Assembly: GCF_036321535.1 (NCBI RefSeq)
Contig: NC_087436.1
Location: 61,630,001-61,694,000, forward strand
Source of the DNA: Camelus dromedarius
Lineage: Eukaryota
Direction of reading: 5' to 3'
DNA length: 64,000 nucleotides
Shown here: positions 40,400-52,600 of the stretch, piece after piece
Numbering within the stretch: the first letter of the stretch is position 1
How the letters are laid out: every line of letters begins with the position of its first letter
Translations under genes and position numbers: made by a program
Notes under the pieces: model-generated
The model's input: only the letters and a program-made list of their open reading frames with translations
Told to the model about the DNA's origin: nothing
The model's database searches: none

Positions 40400-41790
40400 T
40401 GTCTTTTAACAGTTTTATTGTTTTGTACCGGCTAAGGTCTACGGTCTTTGTTGAACAGGAGTGGTGAAAGTGGGCTTTCTGACTTTATTCCTGAACTTAA
40501 GGAGGAAGCATTCAGACTCTTACCACGTATAATATTACTGTAGGATCTCTTTGTACATACCTTTTAACAATTAAGAAAATTCTTTTCTAATCTTGATTTG
40601 CTGAGAATTATCCTGATTATAAGCTGAGTTTGGTTACACTTTTTCTTCTATATCATTTTTGTATGATCATATGATTTTCTTCTTATTCTGTTATATGGAA
40701 AAATATACTGGCTTTTTTTTTTAATGTAGGTTAGTTTACGGCCCAGATTATTGTTTATCTTGGTGAATGCTCCATGTGTATCTGAAAAGATTGTATATTC
40801 TATTCTTGTTATGTGGATTATTCTACAAATCTCAGTAAACATCAATTAGGAAAATAGGTTGATGATGTTGACCTGACCTTCTATATCTGTATTCATTTCC
40901 TATCTATTTGTTTTATTTCTCATTGAGAAATGAATATTAAAGTATCCAATTTTAATTGTAGATTTGTTCATTTTTTTTTAAGTTCCATCAGTTTTTGTTT
41001 TATGTATTTTGAATATCTGTTGTTATATACATATACATTTAGGATTATTATGGCTTTTTGGTATATTGACACTTTCACCACTAAAGAATGTCTCCTTTTA
41101 TTTCCAATAATTTTCTTTTCTTGAAGTTTACTTTGTCTGATGTTAATGTAGCCATTCAGGCTTCCTTTTGATTACTGTTTTCGTGATATCTTTTTTCATC
41201 CTTTTAATGTATTTATTGCCTTATTTTTTAAAATGAGATTCTTATGGAATCAAGACATATACTTGAGTCTTGCTTTTTATCCAGTCTTTCTGTCTTTAAT
41301 TGGCATGTTTAGATAATTTACATTTAATGTAAATATTGATATAGGAGGATTAAAGGCTACATTTTTTCTAGTTGCTTTTTACTTGTTTTGTTTGTTGTTT
41401 GTCCCTCTCACTTTAATTTTTTTTTCTGCTTGCTGTTGGATTATTTAAGTATTTTTTATGATCCCATTTTAGGTCTACCATTGTTTTTTAAAAAGTTATG
41501 TTTTGTTTTACTTTAGTAATTTCTATAAGATTTACAATAGAAATCTTTAGTTGATTGCAATCTAGCTTCAAATTATATTACACAGCTTCATATGTAGTCT
41601 AAACACCTTACAATCATGCTCCCTATTCCTTCATCTCACTTTTTGTGCTATTTTGTCTTACATTTTAGTGGTACATATACTTAAAATCTTCAATATATTC
41701 TTAGTATTTTTACATATACAGTCCATTACACTTTAGAGTGATTAAAAGTAAAAAATATGTATTTTATATTTAGCTTAATTTTAACTATTA
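40400..41790 (-). mobile_element. Old L1 endonuclease/inter-ORF relic
   Basis: ORF 40648-40845 EICRIIHITRIEYTIFSDTHGAFTKI resembles L1 EN DIYRTLHPTTAEYTFFSSAHGTFSKI. Confidence 0.8.
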
Positions 41791-42307
41791 ACCTTACAGA
41801 TTCCTTAAAACTGTCACGATGTCTCCAGGAACTCCAAGATCACACCTTGAGACCTGCTGAAACAGTCTATTAAGATTTATATAAGCCAAGTTGTTTTTTC
41901 TTATACTTTTCACTTTTTATTTATCTGAACTTTAAGACTGCTTTCTAACTCAGTACTCTACTTTTGGCAGCAGATGCAAAAAATGTTTTATTACAAAGCA
42001 TGATAGTTTGCCTTTGGAAGACTAACTCAAAATATGCTCATTAAGGAGACATACACCTACATATTCCTGAGAACTATTTTTAAGAACTAGTAATTTTATT
42101 ACTATTTAGTACTGTGAGCCCTTTGTCATAAATACTTAGTATTTTTGTCTGTTCTTTTATCTTTTAAGTCAAAAGAGATACCACTGTAGAGTGTGGTCCA
42201 GTTATTGAACCTTTTAAATATTTTGAGGGTAACTCAGTTTATCAAGAATTAATTAAACCATTTCACTGCATTATGAGGTGTCATATAACAGTTGGATGCA
42301 CTCAACT

Positions 42308-42971
42308 TGAGGAGTGACACAGCCTGTCAGTCATTTAAAGAGTCAAGATGATCAGCTTGTTCAGATCAGTCTACTTCTCAATTGCTCCCAAAACTGACAC
42401 TTCCAAATGGAAATAAAGAACACATGGAACATATCCTCCCCTGTGGAGCTGGCTGAGGCTCTCTGAAGTTCATAAAAACTCCCCACTCTTGGGCTTTCCA
42501 TGTGCCTGGAGCCTATTAACACCTATTAACCCCTCACTCCCCACTGCAGGACCCTTCACATACCCCCATTTCTGCAAGATAAAAATATCTTCTCTTAATG
42601 TATGTTTACCCTAACAAAGGTAAACTGCCCCAAGAAATAGCCCATCTCACAATGCCCTAGGTGGAGAAGCCTCACATCCTGCCCTTATCAGGGTTATAAT
42701 GCTATTATTGATACAAGCCCCTAACAGATCTTACAGTCAATCATGTATTTGTACACAAATTGATCATGCAACCCCCTATTCCTTGTGGTCACAGCTCCTT
42801 TCCCCCAATAAAAGACCCTGCACGTCCACCCTTGGTGCTCACACAGGCACCTCTCTGTTGCCTGTAGCAGTGTATCTATTAAACCTTCCTTTTGTTCTTA
42901 GATCCTCATTGTCTTTGGTCCTTGGTAAATTCTTTTAACCACAGGCGACTGTGGCATTGTGTCCCACAACA
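42308..42971 (+). mobile_element. Older LTR (MER73/MER74-like)
   Basis: TG start, C-rich U3, AATAAAA TATA-like at ~42807, ATTAAA at ~42878, U5 motif ggtaaattctttt, ends caaca. No TSD found, so the ends are uncertain. Confidence 0.6.
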
Positions 42972-43221
42972 TCCCCTCTGCGGATATGGGGCACAGTTCT
43001 TACCGATTATATTTCCTGCATATAGTAATGGGAATATACTTTGAAATATTTGAAATATTTAAGACTGTTAGGATATTATTTTATCTAAAGATTTTCTAAA
43101 AAGATATTTTGATTCTCCCCTTTTTGCTTCTAAAATATGTCGTCTTCTGTTCCCTATATTCTTTTTGATGTCTTTTAGTGTCAGTTCTTTATCATTTGGG
43201 GTATAAATTATAAAATGTCTC

Positions 43222-43792
43222 TGTTACAGAGAAGAAGGGTGGAGAAGTTACCTCGGTTCTTAGTTACTTGAAAAAAATGAACTTTTAATGAGAGACAGAA
43301 AGCGTGATATAAACAGAAGATTTTATTAGCGAAGTAAAAAGGTAATAAAATATAGTACACATCCGAGAACTGGGAGCGGGCCGATCCAAGAGAGGAAAAA
43401 TGGTACTGCTCCTTTGTTTTTCTGTGTCTTACATCCTGGCTTAGGGGATGTTTTTCGTGGTTGATTAATTCACGGCTCACTTTCCTTGTTCTCAGGCACG
43501 CCCATCCCTTTTGTGCGTGTTCTTACCCATGATGCACACAGAGAAACCTGCAGGAGGGGCTCAAACTGCAGTGTTAATTACATTATAATGAGCACTGGGT
43601 CAAGTTAAGCTGAGTCCTTCTGTCTATTGTGCAGCCACAGCGTTCAATCCTAGTCGACTTCTTCACTGGCCCTCATTTATAGAAAGTAAAAAATGTTGGA
43701 GCCCCTTATCCTGAGTGCAGGCATATTCTGGGTTGCTCCTTCCCCCTCCCTTTCCCCCTGCTCGGTGCTCAGTTCTATCTAAATGTCTAACA
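43222..43792 (-). mobile_element. Young solo LTR, ERV1 class (571 bp)
   Basis: TGTTA...TAACA inverted ends; perfect 4-bp TSD TCTC; minus-strand AATAAA near 43322-43327; about 13 CpGs retained. Confidence 0.92.
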
Positions 43793-43912
43793 TCTCTGTG
43801 CTGCATCTTTATTTGATGGAAACTTTTTTTTTTTTTTTGCTTTCATGAAGTTGCCACTTTTAATATGATTATGTACCATTAAATAGCTTACAGTTTTCAG
43901 GTTTCCAGAAAT

Positions 43913-44061
43913 TTTTTTTTTGAGTAAAGGTAGATTTATTCAGAGAGATACATTGAAAGGCAAGAGAAAGGCCACAAGATATGTGGGTTGGGTGCTTAGA
44001 TTAAAAGTAGGTACATGCTCCATAGACAGAGTGCGGGCTGTCTCCAACAGAGAGAGAGAGG
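43913..44061 (-). mobile_element. Polyadenylated retrocopy of an ERV1 LTR R region (L1-mobilised)
   Basis: Poly-T 43912-43921; AATAAA (minus) at 43935-43940; TSD tccagaaat at 43904-43912 and 44062-44070; body similar to LTR 2798-3390. Confidence 0.82.
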
Positions 44062-44772
44062 TCCAGAAATCTTGATATGAATTTGATTTTTGCACAAAAA
44101 TTTAGTAAAATGTAATTTTTTAAATCACGTATTAAAATAGCATAATTATAAACTACTGAAAATTTCCAGCATTGGTTAATAGACGTGAACTTAAAAGTAA
44201 GGCATTAGTCTAAGAATCATTACTTTCTAACCTCTAAAAAATAATCTATCATGAACAGCTTAAATACATATTTGACATAAGTTTCACATATATAAAATAG
44301 ATGGCTACATAAATACTATGTGTTTGCAAAGTCTTACTATTTTGTATTCTACATCAGGATAATAAAAAGAGCAATTTCAAGAGATTTACAAATTAAAATC
44401 AAAGTAATATTTTAAAAATTTGAAGGCATCTTTGCTTGATTTTCAGAGACATCATTGAGCTTCAAGTAATCCTATCAAATCTGATTAAAGTCTTAAGAGA
44501 TGTCATTTACTATTATAAGGATATAGTTTTTTATATTGTTACAAATCCTTTATGAAGTACTCTATAGTAGATGTTAACTAAATTAGAGATGAGTATTTTT
44601 ATGAATAATTATTTTCTAATTTAACCTGAATTTATTGTTATTTTTAAGGAAATTGCAAAATATATCTTATGTATTTTGGACAGTTTGATTTAGTTTAACA
44701 TTAAACTGAAATCAAACTTTAAATCTTGGGCCAAATGACAATCTTTTGCAAGTTATTAATTTTTTTTGTTGT

Positions 44773-45358
44773 TCTGTTAGTTATATGTTGTTGTATAACA
44801 TATTACCCCAAATTTAAAGGCTTAAGACAACAAATGATTATTATTTCACAATTTCTATGCAGATTCCTATCTGGGTAAAGCTTAGCTAGGTGCTTCTGGT
44901 TCATGGTCTCATAAGGTTACAAGCCAGGTATCTGCTGGGGCTATATTCTCATCTGAAAGCGTGGCTGAGGGACAGTTTATTTTTAAGCTCATTCATGTAG
45001 CAGTTGGCAGGATTTAGTTCTTCGTATGGAATTGTTTTACTAAGGGCCTCTACCCATGCTTGCCGTTGGCAAGAGGCCTCCAAAGTCCCTTGTTACATGG
45101 CCCTCCCATAGATGAGCTTATAATGTGACAACTAACTTCCATCAAAGCAAAAGAGCAAGGAAGCAAGAGAAGCATGCAGAATGGAAGCCACTATCATTTT
45201 TAAACCTTTCCTTGGAAGTGACATTCTATCACTTTGTTATATTCTGTTCATTAGACGAGAGTCACTAAATCTAGCTTACATTCAACAGGAGCGAATTATA
45301 TGAGTGTGAATACAAGGAGGTAGGACTCATTAGAGCATGTTAGAAGCTTTCTACCACA
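44773..45358 (-). mobile_element. MLT1F-type MaLR solo LTR
   Basis: tgttagttat...attaccccaaatttaaaggcttaagacaac...gtgtgaatacaaggaggtaggactcatt...ctaccaca; TSD GTTGT/CTTGT. Confidence 0.88.
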
Positions 45359-48300
45359 CTTGTTTAGGACTCTTTTGAATTTCTTACACATAGAAAGAAG
45401 AAACTTAAAATGAACCTACATTTGGTAAAATCACTTAATATTGTTAAAGAAGACGCAGTAAAGGGATAGTATTTTGTTTCTTTCAGAAAGTATATTGTTT
45501 TATTTGTTCAAAATAGATAACTCAGAAATTTCTCTATCTAAATCTTTTACTTATTTTTATTTTACCCGTTTATTTTGGGGGACATGGTTTCTTAGAGGGT
45601 TAAATTTTTGTTTCTAATGCCTGTGCCATTTTTTCTAAATGTAGTGCTGGATCTGCTTAAAGTCAATTGAACATTTATTTATAGGTCAGAAAGCCCTAGG
45701 GAAGTATTTCACTTCACCATGAATATACCTTTGAGATCATTAACTCAACATGAATACACCTTCAAGATTATGACTTGGAACTTCTCAGTGAACTGCTGAC
45801 TGTCTCTTAGATTTCTAACATGCAGAAGGTTGTAGTAACTAAACTGCATTTCAGGGTCAAGAGAGAAACATCTCTAACTGTGCTTAGTCTAAATTCCCTG
45901 TGATAGAGACTAGAAAAATCATTAATATGCTTACATTTTTTTCTCAATAATTCTTGATTTTCCATATGAACATTTTAAATTTGCACAAAAGGGAAGACTA
46001 TCAAGCTGGAGACCTAGTGATTTTATTTAAAAAGTGATATATGAATTCCTTTTAGCTTGACATGAGTTCTCCTGTGCTCCAAGTTCTCTTCAACAATCCA
46101 TTAAAATTTTCTCTGGCAGAGTCATATTAATAGCCTTTGTCCTGCCATTAATGTGACCTAATCACTATGGCAAGGAATCCCAGAACCAAACCAGTCAACT
46201 ATAAAATATGACTATCCAAACTGGAGCTTCATTAGATTTAGTGCTTGTCTCATGACACAGCTTCATAATTCGAATACAGAGGTTCCCAGACATTGCATTC
46301 TGTGACTTGATACCGCTAAATGCTCATCAGTGTGCCTTAATCTGTCTAAAATACTTGTAATGAGCCGAGATTTACATCCCTGGGAATTAACACTTAGGAA
46401 GGCCAATGACTTCTTTCATTATTCATCACTTCTTGCCTCCCATTAGCACAATTAAGAGCTATTCCACCCCAAATGATGAGAATAGTTTCAAACTATTCAA
46501 CAATGTGGATTGAACAAAAGAGTTGTTAATTTTATTTGACGTAGATTCAAAGGATTGTGAGGCTTGTATATCTATCACATTTTGGGTGATAATTTTAAAA
46601 GTAGATATAAATGGCCATAACTGCAAAAATTATTCTTTTGCTAACCAGAACAAATTGTAGTAGAATGATATTGATGGCTAAACTGCCCTGTATCTTAGTA
46701 TGAAACTGAAATTGAGGTAAACTCCACATATTTTATTAATTCTGCTCATTTTTTATTCATATAATCATATCTGTTCTATGTTTTTCCTTCACATCTTCCA
46801 TGATTATGTGTGAAAGTAATTTTCTCTTTTTTTAATGAGAGGTATATGAACAGAATTTCTTTGATGTTGTTCCAATGCTTTCAGAAGTATCCGTTAAGGA
46901 TTGTTATTCCCTGGAATGCAATTAAGAAGCATGTATTTTTTATATTCTCCCTCCCTCTCTCCTCTCTTGCCATTTAACTTGTTATTTCCTGGAATTTATA
47001 ACTTACAGTGAGTCCATTAGCCTGAACTTTATTACTCTTTCAACTCCTGACATTTAAAATTCTTCTCACTTGGTGAAAAAAAATGGTGAAATGGAGTGAA
47101 GTGGAGAGTCTGATAAGGCTAGCTTTGTGTGTGTGTGTCTGTGTGTTTGTGGTTGGATTAATACATTGGATAAACAGGGAGAAATGACTGGAGAATGAGA
47201 TGTTGAGTTCTTGGAACTGAGATTTCAAATAGTGTATTTGGTGGTGGTGGCAAGGGCTAGTTTACCAAGAAAGTGAGTATCTGAGATGATGGTGAGGATA
47301 TACAGAAATGGAAGAGTCAGAGATGTATCTATATTGATGTAAAAGAAAAAAGATGGAAAGCTAATACGAGTAAAAGAAGAGGGAAAACATCATGAAGTAA
47401 GTGTAAAAGGCATCAGTAAATTAAGAAGTTATTAAGTAATTAGGAGATGAGAGCAATATGCCAAGGGAGACATTGGTATATCTGGTGGTTTATAATGACT
47501 ATATATATAGTACAGAACATTTTTATTCCTACCACTCCTCTTATTAAAACAGAAATTACTGACTCTATTATTTCCTGTGTTGCTCTCACAGGCATTTCTT
47601 ATTGTGTTACACTGTCACATTTTGCTTTACAATTATTTTAGGCACATTTTAAGTATGGGCTAACACCAGAACTTCACAGAATGAAAAGTGGAGGACAATA
47701 AATTATTTATACAAAGGGTTTTACTGGGCTTTATTATTTTAGTAAGAAATCAAATCCTTTTGGTAATTGTGATTTTCATAACTAATTGGCCTTTGGATTC
47801 CCAAATCTTTGCATTTTACATTGCCTGTCTAGCCCCAAACTCACCAATCCAATTCAAGTCCTCTGTGGATATTAACCATGTAAGATTAATTACCTTAAAC
47901 CCCCCAAATGAAATGAATTCAATGACATTTACTGTACCATTCAGACATTTACTCCTTTTCATCAATCTTATATTGCTTCTTGAATCGCAATTAAAACCTG
48001 TAATAAATAAAGATGCTGAAAGTTTCAAGCAGGAATTCTTAATGATTTAACATTTATGTCTTTGTCAGTGCCTAAAAACAAGTTGGGAAATAAATTCTAC
48101 ACAATGAAAGAAGCTAGACAGAAGTCTTCGTATTTCTGTGGTCTGTAATTCTTTTACAACGGGTCTGAAGAATAGAGTTTAGAGAGATCAACGGTCTTTA
48201 TAAACAACACTGATCTTAATTAAGAAACATCAGTAGAAGAGTTCACTACTGAGGGAAAAAAGTGGAATGGTCTTATATGTTATTTCTGTATTTAAGGTTG

Positions 48301-49199
48301 TTAATGATCTGTTACTGGCATTTAGCACCTTATTATTCTCTTAAAAGAGCTTAACACCAGTGGGAAACTTGGAGGAAAAATCCAAGTAGACTAATTTAGC
48401 ACAATAATGCAATATAATTTTTTTGTTACTTTCCTCTTTTCTTGCTTCCCTGTTTCTTTTCATTATATTTAAATAAAAAATGGGAATTACCAAGAACCAG
48501 TATCTTTGCTTGACTGGTATAAGTTTAAATCCCGTTATCACAAGAAAAGTTTGTTAGTAACCCTAATGCTAACACACTTATTAGAAAATACTTTCCCCAT
48601 AGATTCTAGATTTTTAGAATTGTGTTTAATTTCAAATTCTACTCTTAAGAGTAAAAGCTAGCATTGACAACAATATGCCCAACTCCAGATTAGAGCAGAA
48701 AGAGGGAGCATCCAAGAAATTTATTTTGTAGTATTCATCCACCTATACTTTTCATTAAAAATCGATGGCATTATGAATGGAAAATTTTGACTTAATGTGA
48801 ACTTCAAAAATGACAGAAAAATGGAAAACAAGAGTCAGTGTAGGAAGAACATTAAATCATCTGATGGTCTGTTTCTCATAATCACTACTTAATGAATACA
48901 CAGAAGCAATGGTAAATATTGTAAAAGCTGAATTACTTGTTTCACAAGTTAGTCTCTGTAGCAATTAAAAATAAAGCTTATTTTACCTTAGATTAGCAAA
49001 ACTGTATGGAAGCCTAATGATTCAAAGAAGTCACATGATAGTCTTCTAACTTATTGGTACTTTTTCCAATTCTTTGGAATACTTGCATTGTTATAAAGTA
49101 ATGTGAAGTGTATGATTTATATCTTGCTAAGATAGAAATGATGAGCAGAAAAAGAAAGCTAAATGAATATGTATGATTTTATAGATTATTATTATTATT

Positions 49200-50960
49200 A
49201 AATCTATCTGATCTACTGTGTCTTCTAAGGCCAGTATTTCCCTATTGATTTTTTTGTCTAGATAATCTGTTCATTGATGTAAGTGGGGTGTTGAAGTCCT
49301 ATGCTATTTTTGTGTTACTGTCAATTTCTCTCTGTTAATATTTGCTTCATGTATTTAAGTGCTCCTTAAATATTGGATGCATGTGTATTTACAATTATTT
49401 TACCTCCTTCTTGGATTGATCCCCTTGATTATTATGTAATGTCTTTCTTTGTCTCTTACTACAGTTTTTTTTTAACACACTTATTGTGGTATGGTTCCTG
49501 TATAGTAAACTACACATATTTCAAATATACGATTTGATGAATTTTGATAGATGTTTACACCAGTGAAACCAACACCACATTCAAGATAGCTGACATTTCT
49601 ATCACTCCCCAAGAGGTACAGTCTTTGTTTTAAAGTCTTTTTCTTCTGATTATAAATATCACTAGCCTTGCTTTCTTTTGATTTTTTTTTTTTTGCATGG
49701 AATACGTTTTTCCATCCCTTCATGTTCAGTCTTTTTTTTCTGAGATCTGAATGAATCTCCTGTAGGCAGCATATGTACGGGTCTTGTCTTTGTATTCATT
49801 CAGCCACTCTATGTATTTTTGATTGGAGCATTTAGTCCATTTATATTTAAAATAATTATTGATATGTATGTTCTTATTGCCATTTTATTAGTTGTTTGGG
49901 GTTATTTTGTAGTTCTTTTCTGCTTTTTTTGCTCTTTTTCCCTTGTGATTTGATGGCTTTGTTTAGTGTTATATCTAGATTCCTTTCAATTTTTTTTGTG
50001 TGTGTATCTATTGCAGAGTTTCGGTTTATGGTTACCATGAGGTTTACATATAGCAATCTATGTATATACATGATTATTGTAAGTTGCTGATCTCTTAAGT
50101 TCAAACACATTTTAACAACCCTGCATTTTTTACTCTTCCTCCCCTCCCCAATATTTACTGCTTTTTACATCCAATTTTTTACCTCTTTTTGTTTTGTGTA
50201 TCCCTTAACTACATATTGTGGATATAGAAGATTTTAACACTTTTGTCTTTTAGCCTTCCTACTAGCTTTATATATGATTGATTTGTTACCTTTACTATAA
50301 TTTGCCTTTACCAGTGAGATTTTTCCTTTCGTAATTTTCATATTTCTAGTTGTGACCATTTTTTTTTTTTCTCTGAGAAGTCCCTTCAATATTTCTTATA
50401 AAGCTGGATGGAGGTGCTGAACTCTCTTAGCTTTTGTTTGTCTTTAAAATTTTTGATCTCTCCATTAAATCTGAATGAAATATTTGCCAGGTAGAGTATT
50501 CTTTATTGTAGATTTTCCCTTTTCATGACTTTAAATTATCATGCCTCTCCTTTATGGTCTGCAGGGTTTCTGCTGAAAAGTCAGCAGAAATTGCCTTATA
50601 GGAATTTCTTGTACATAACTTGTTCCTTTTTGTTTTTCCCTTGTTGCTTTTAGTATTCTCTCTTTATCTTTTTTTCCCCTTTCCTTTCCTTTTTTTTTTC
50701 TTTTGTCATTTTAATTACAGTGTCTCTTTCTGTGGTATTCTTTGGGTTGATCCTGTTTGGGACCTCCATTCTTCTAATACCTGGCCATCTGTTTCCTTTC
50801 CCAGTTTAGGGAAGTTTTTAGTTGGTGTCTTCAGATATTTTCTCTCCCCTTTCTCTCTCTCTTCTCCTTCAGGGACCTCTATAATGGGCATGTTAGTAGT
50901 CTTAATGTCCCAGAAATTTTCTAATCTGTCCTCATCTTCTAAAATTCTTTTTTCTGCATG
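49200..50960 (-). mobile_element. L1 (L1MA/MB-age) ORF1 3' half, inter-ORF and endonuclease fragment
   Basis: ORF 49481-49723 begins MKGWKNVFHA (L1 EN KGWKKIFHAN); reverse ORF1 DNA gggtttctgctgaaaagtcagc, tttagggaagttttt. Confidence 0.88.
49470..49616 (-). mobile_element. Short L1MB/MC-like 3' terminus inserted in the L1 above
   Basis: T tract then ttattgtggtat...gatgaattttgatagatgtttacacc...tcaagatagctgacatttctatcactccc; TSD tacagt(t/c)ttt at 49460 and 49617. Confidence 0.75.
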
Positions 50961-51544
50961 GATTTTTATTTTAGCTATAACAAATGCTTTTTAAAAATCT
51001 TTTTTCTGACTTTTTGATTTAAAGTCTATACATAGGAAGTTAAACCCGTATGTTAGAATAAATTGTTCTGTCACCTCGTTTCCCATATACATTCTCTGTT
51101 ATCTAGGTGAGGACTTTTGTTTTTAATAAAATCAAGTGTAAATGTAATTATCAATTTAGCATGATAAGTTCATCAAGTTCTTCTCCTAGTGGGGTGCAAT
51201 ATTAGCCTGTGAAGCCTTTGTTGTATTTAAAAGCCTTTCACTCCAAAAAGAGTGGAAATCTAAGAAATGTAAGAATTCATGTCACTATAAGTAAATGGAT
51301 GAAACCATAAAGATCTTTATAATCTTGATCTCAGGGAAAGAATCCAGGATGGATGGGACCAGGACAGTTGGATAGAAAACCAAAACAAAACCAAAATAAC
51401 TTTGTATTGTACCTGGAGAATGGAGAAGACAAAAAAAAAATTAGAGGGAGAGAAGAAAAGGGACACCCATCTGAATTCAACTGTGGAAGAACTTCATGAA
51501 AACAAGTTAAGAAATGTTTTGCGTGATCTGTACTCTAAGTTAAT

Positions 51545-51917
51545 ACTAGGGACTGAGTTGCGTCCCTCCCTCCCCCAAATTCACTTATTGAAGCCCTTAC
51601 TCACAAAGTGATGGTGTTTGGTGATGGTGCCTTTGGGGGACAATTAGGTTTAGTTGCAGTCAGGAGGGTCAGAAACTCCTGATGGTATAGGGGTACTTAT
51701 AAGTAGAGACACCAGAGAGCTTGTTGGTCTCTCTCCTTACAATGTGAGGATGCAGCAAGAGATCTGTCAGCTGGGAAGTTAGCTCTCACCAGAACCTGAT
51801 TATGCTGGCATCTTGATCTTGGATTTCTAACCTCTAGAACTGTGAGAAAATAAATTTCTGTTGTTTAAGTCACCCCATCTATGGTATTTTATTATGGAGC
51901 TTCAGCTGACTACAACA
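51545..51917 (+). mobile_element. MLT1A-type MaLR solo LTR
   Basis: ctctcaccagaacctgattatgctggcatcttgatcttgga...agaactgtgagaaaataaatttctgttgtttaag. Confidence 0.9.
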
Positions 51918-52132
51918 ATCCATGGCAAGTTAAGATTTTTTTTTGTAGAAATATATTACAGTCATTGTGGGCGCATACATAAAATAACTTACAGGGGCCA
52001 CCTGATAACTTTGACACTTCAGTGTTTGAAAGTCATCAGGCTCTGTGATTTTGATTTAGATTTGCAGGCCAGTTCAGCTTCTGTCTGGTAGGGTAAAAGT
52101 GAATTAAAAAAAGAATCCATGGGACTACTTCC

Positions 52133-52600
52133 AGTCATTTAATAGGACATGTTTATTGAGTGCCTGCAATGTACCAGACACTATCGTGGACACTGGAGAT
52201 CCAGGGAGCACAAACAACCCAAATCCCTGCCCTTACAGAGTTTACATTGTAGAAAGAGGATGTACACAATAAACTGAGCAACAAAATCTTCCAAGTATAA
52301 TAGATGTTGACATGTTATATTAAGAAAGATAAAACAGGAATTTGGATAGCTGAAGATGGTATTCAATTTTAAAGAGGATAGTCAGAGAAGTTATCAATGA
52401 AAAGGTACCATTAGAACAAAGATCTGAAAGAGCTTGAGGACAAGCCATAAAAAAATGGGAGAAGGGCCCAGACATAGGGAACCAGAAGGACAAACGTTTC
52501 AGGACAAATATATAGACATAGTAGTAATGTGTCTGTATATTTGAAAACAAGCAAGGAGCCCAGTGTTGCTGGAGCAGAGTGAGGAGGAGAGAATGAGAGA
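52133..52600 (-). mobile_element. L2a 3' end
   Basis: tttattgagtgcctgcaatgtaccagacact...atccctgcccttacagagtttacatt. Confidence 0.85.

Noticed and set aside
47688..48050. 120-aa hydrophobic ORF
   Set aside because: GTG start, AT-driven composition, no recognisable homology or splice context.
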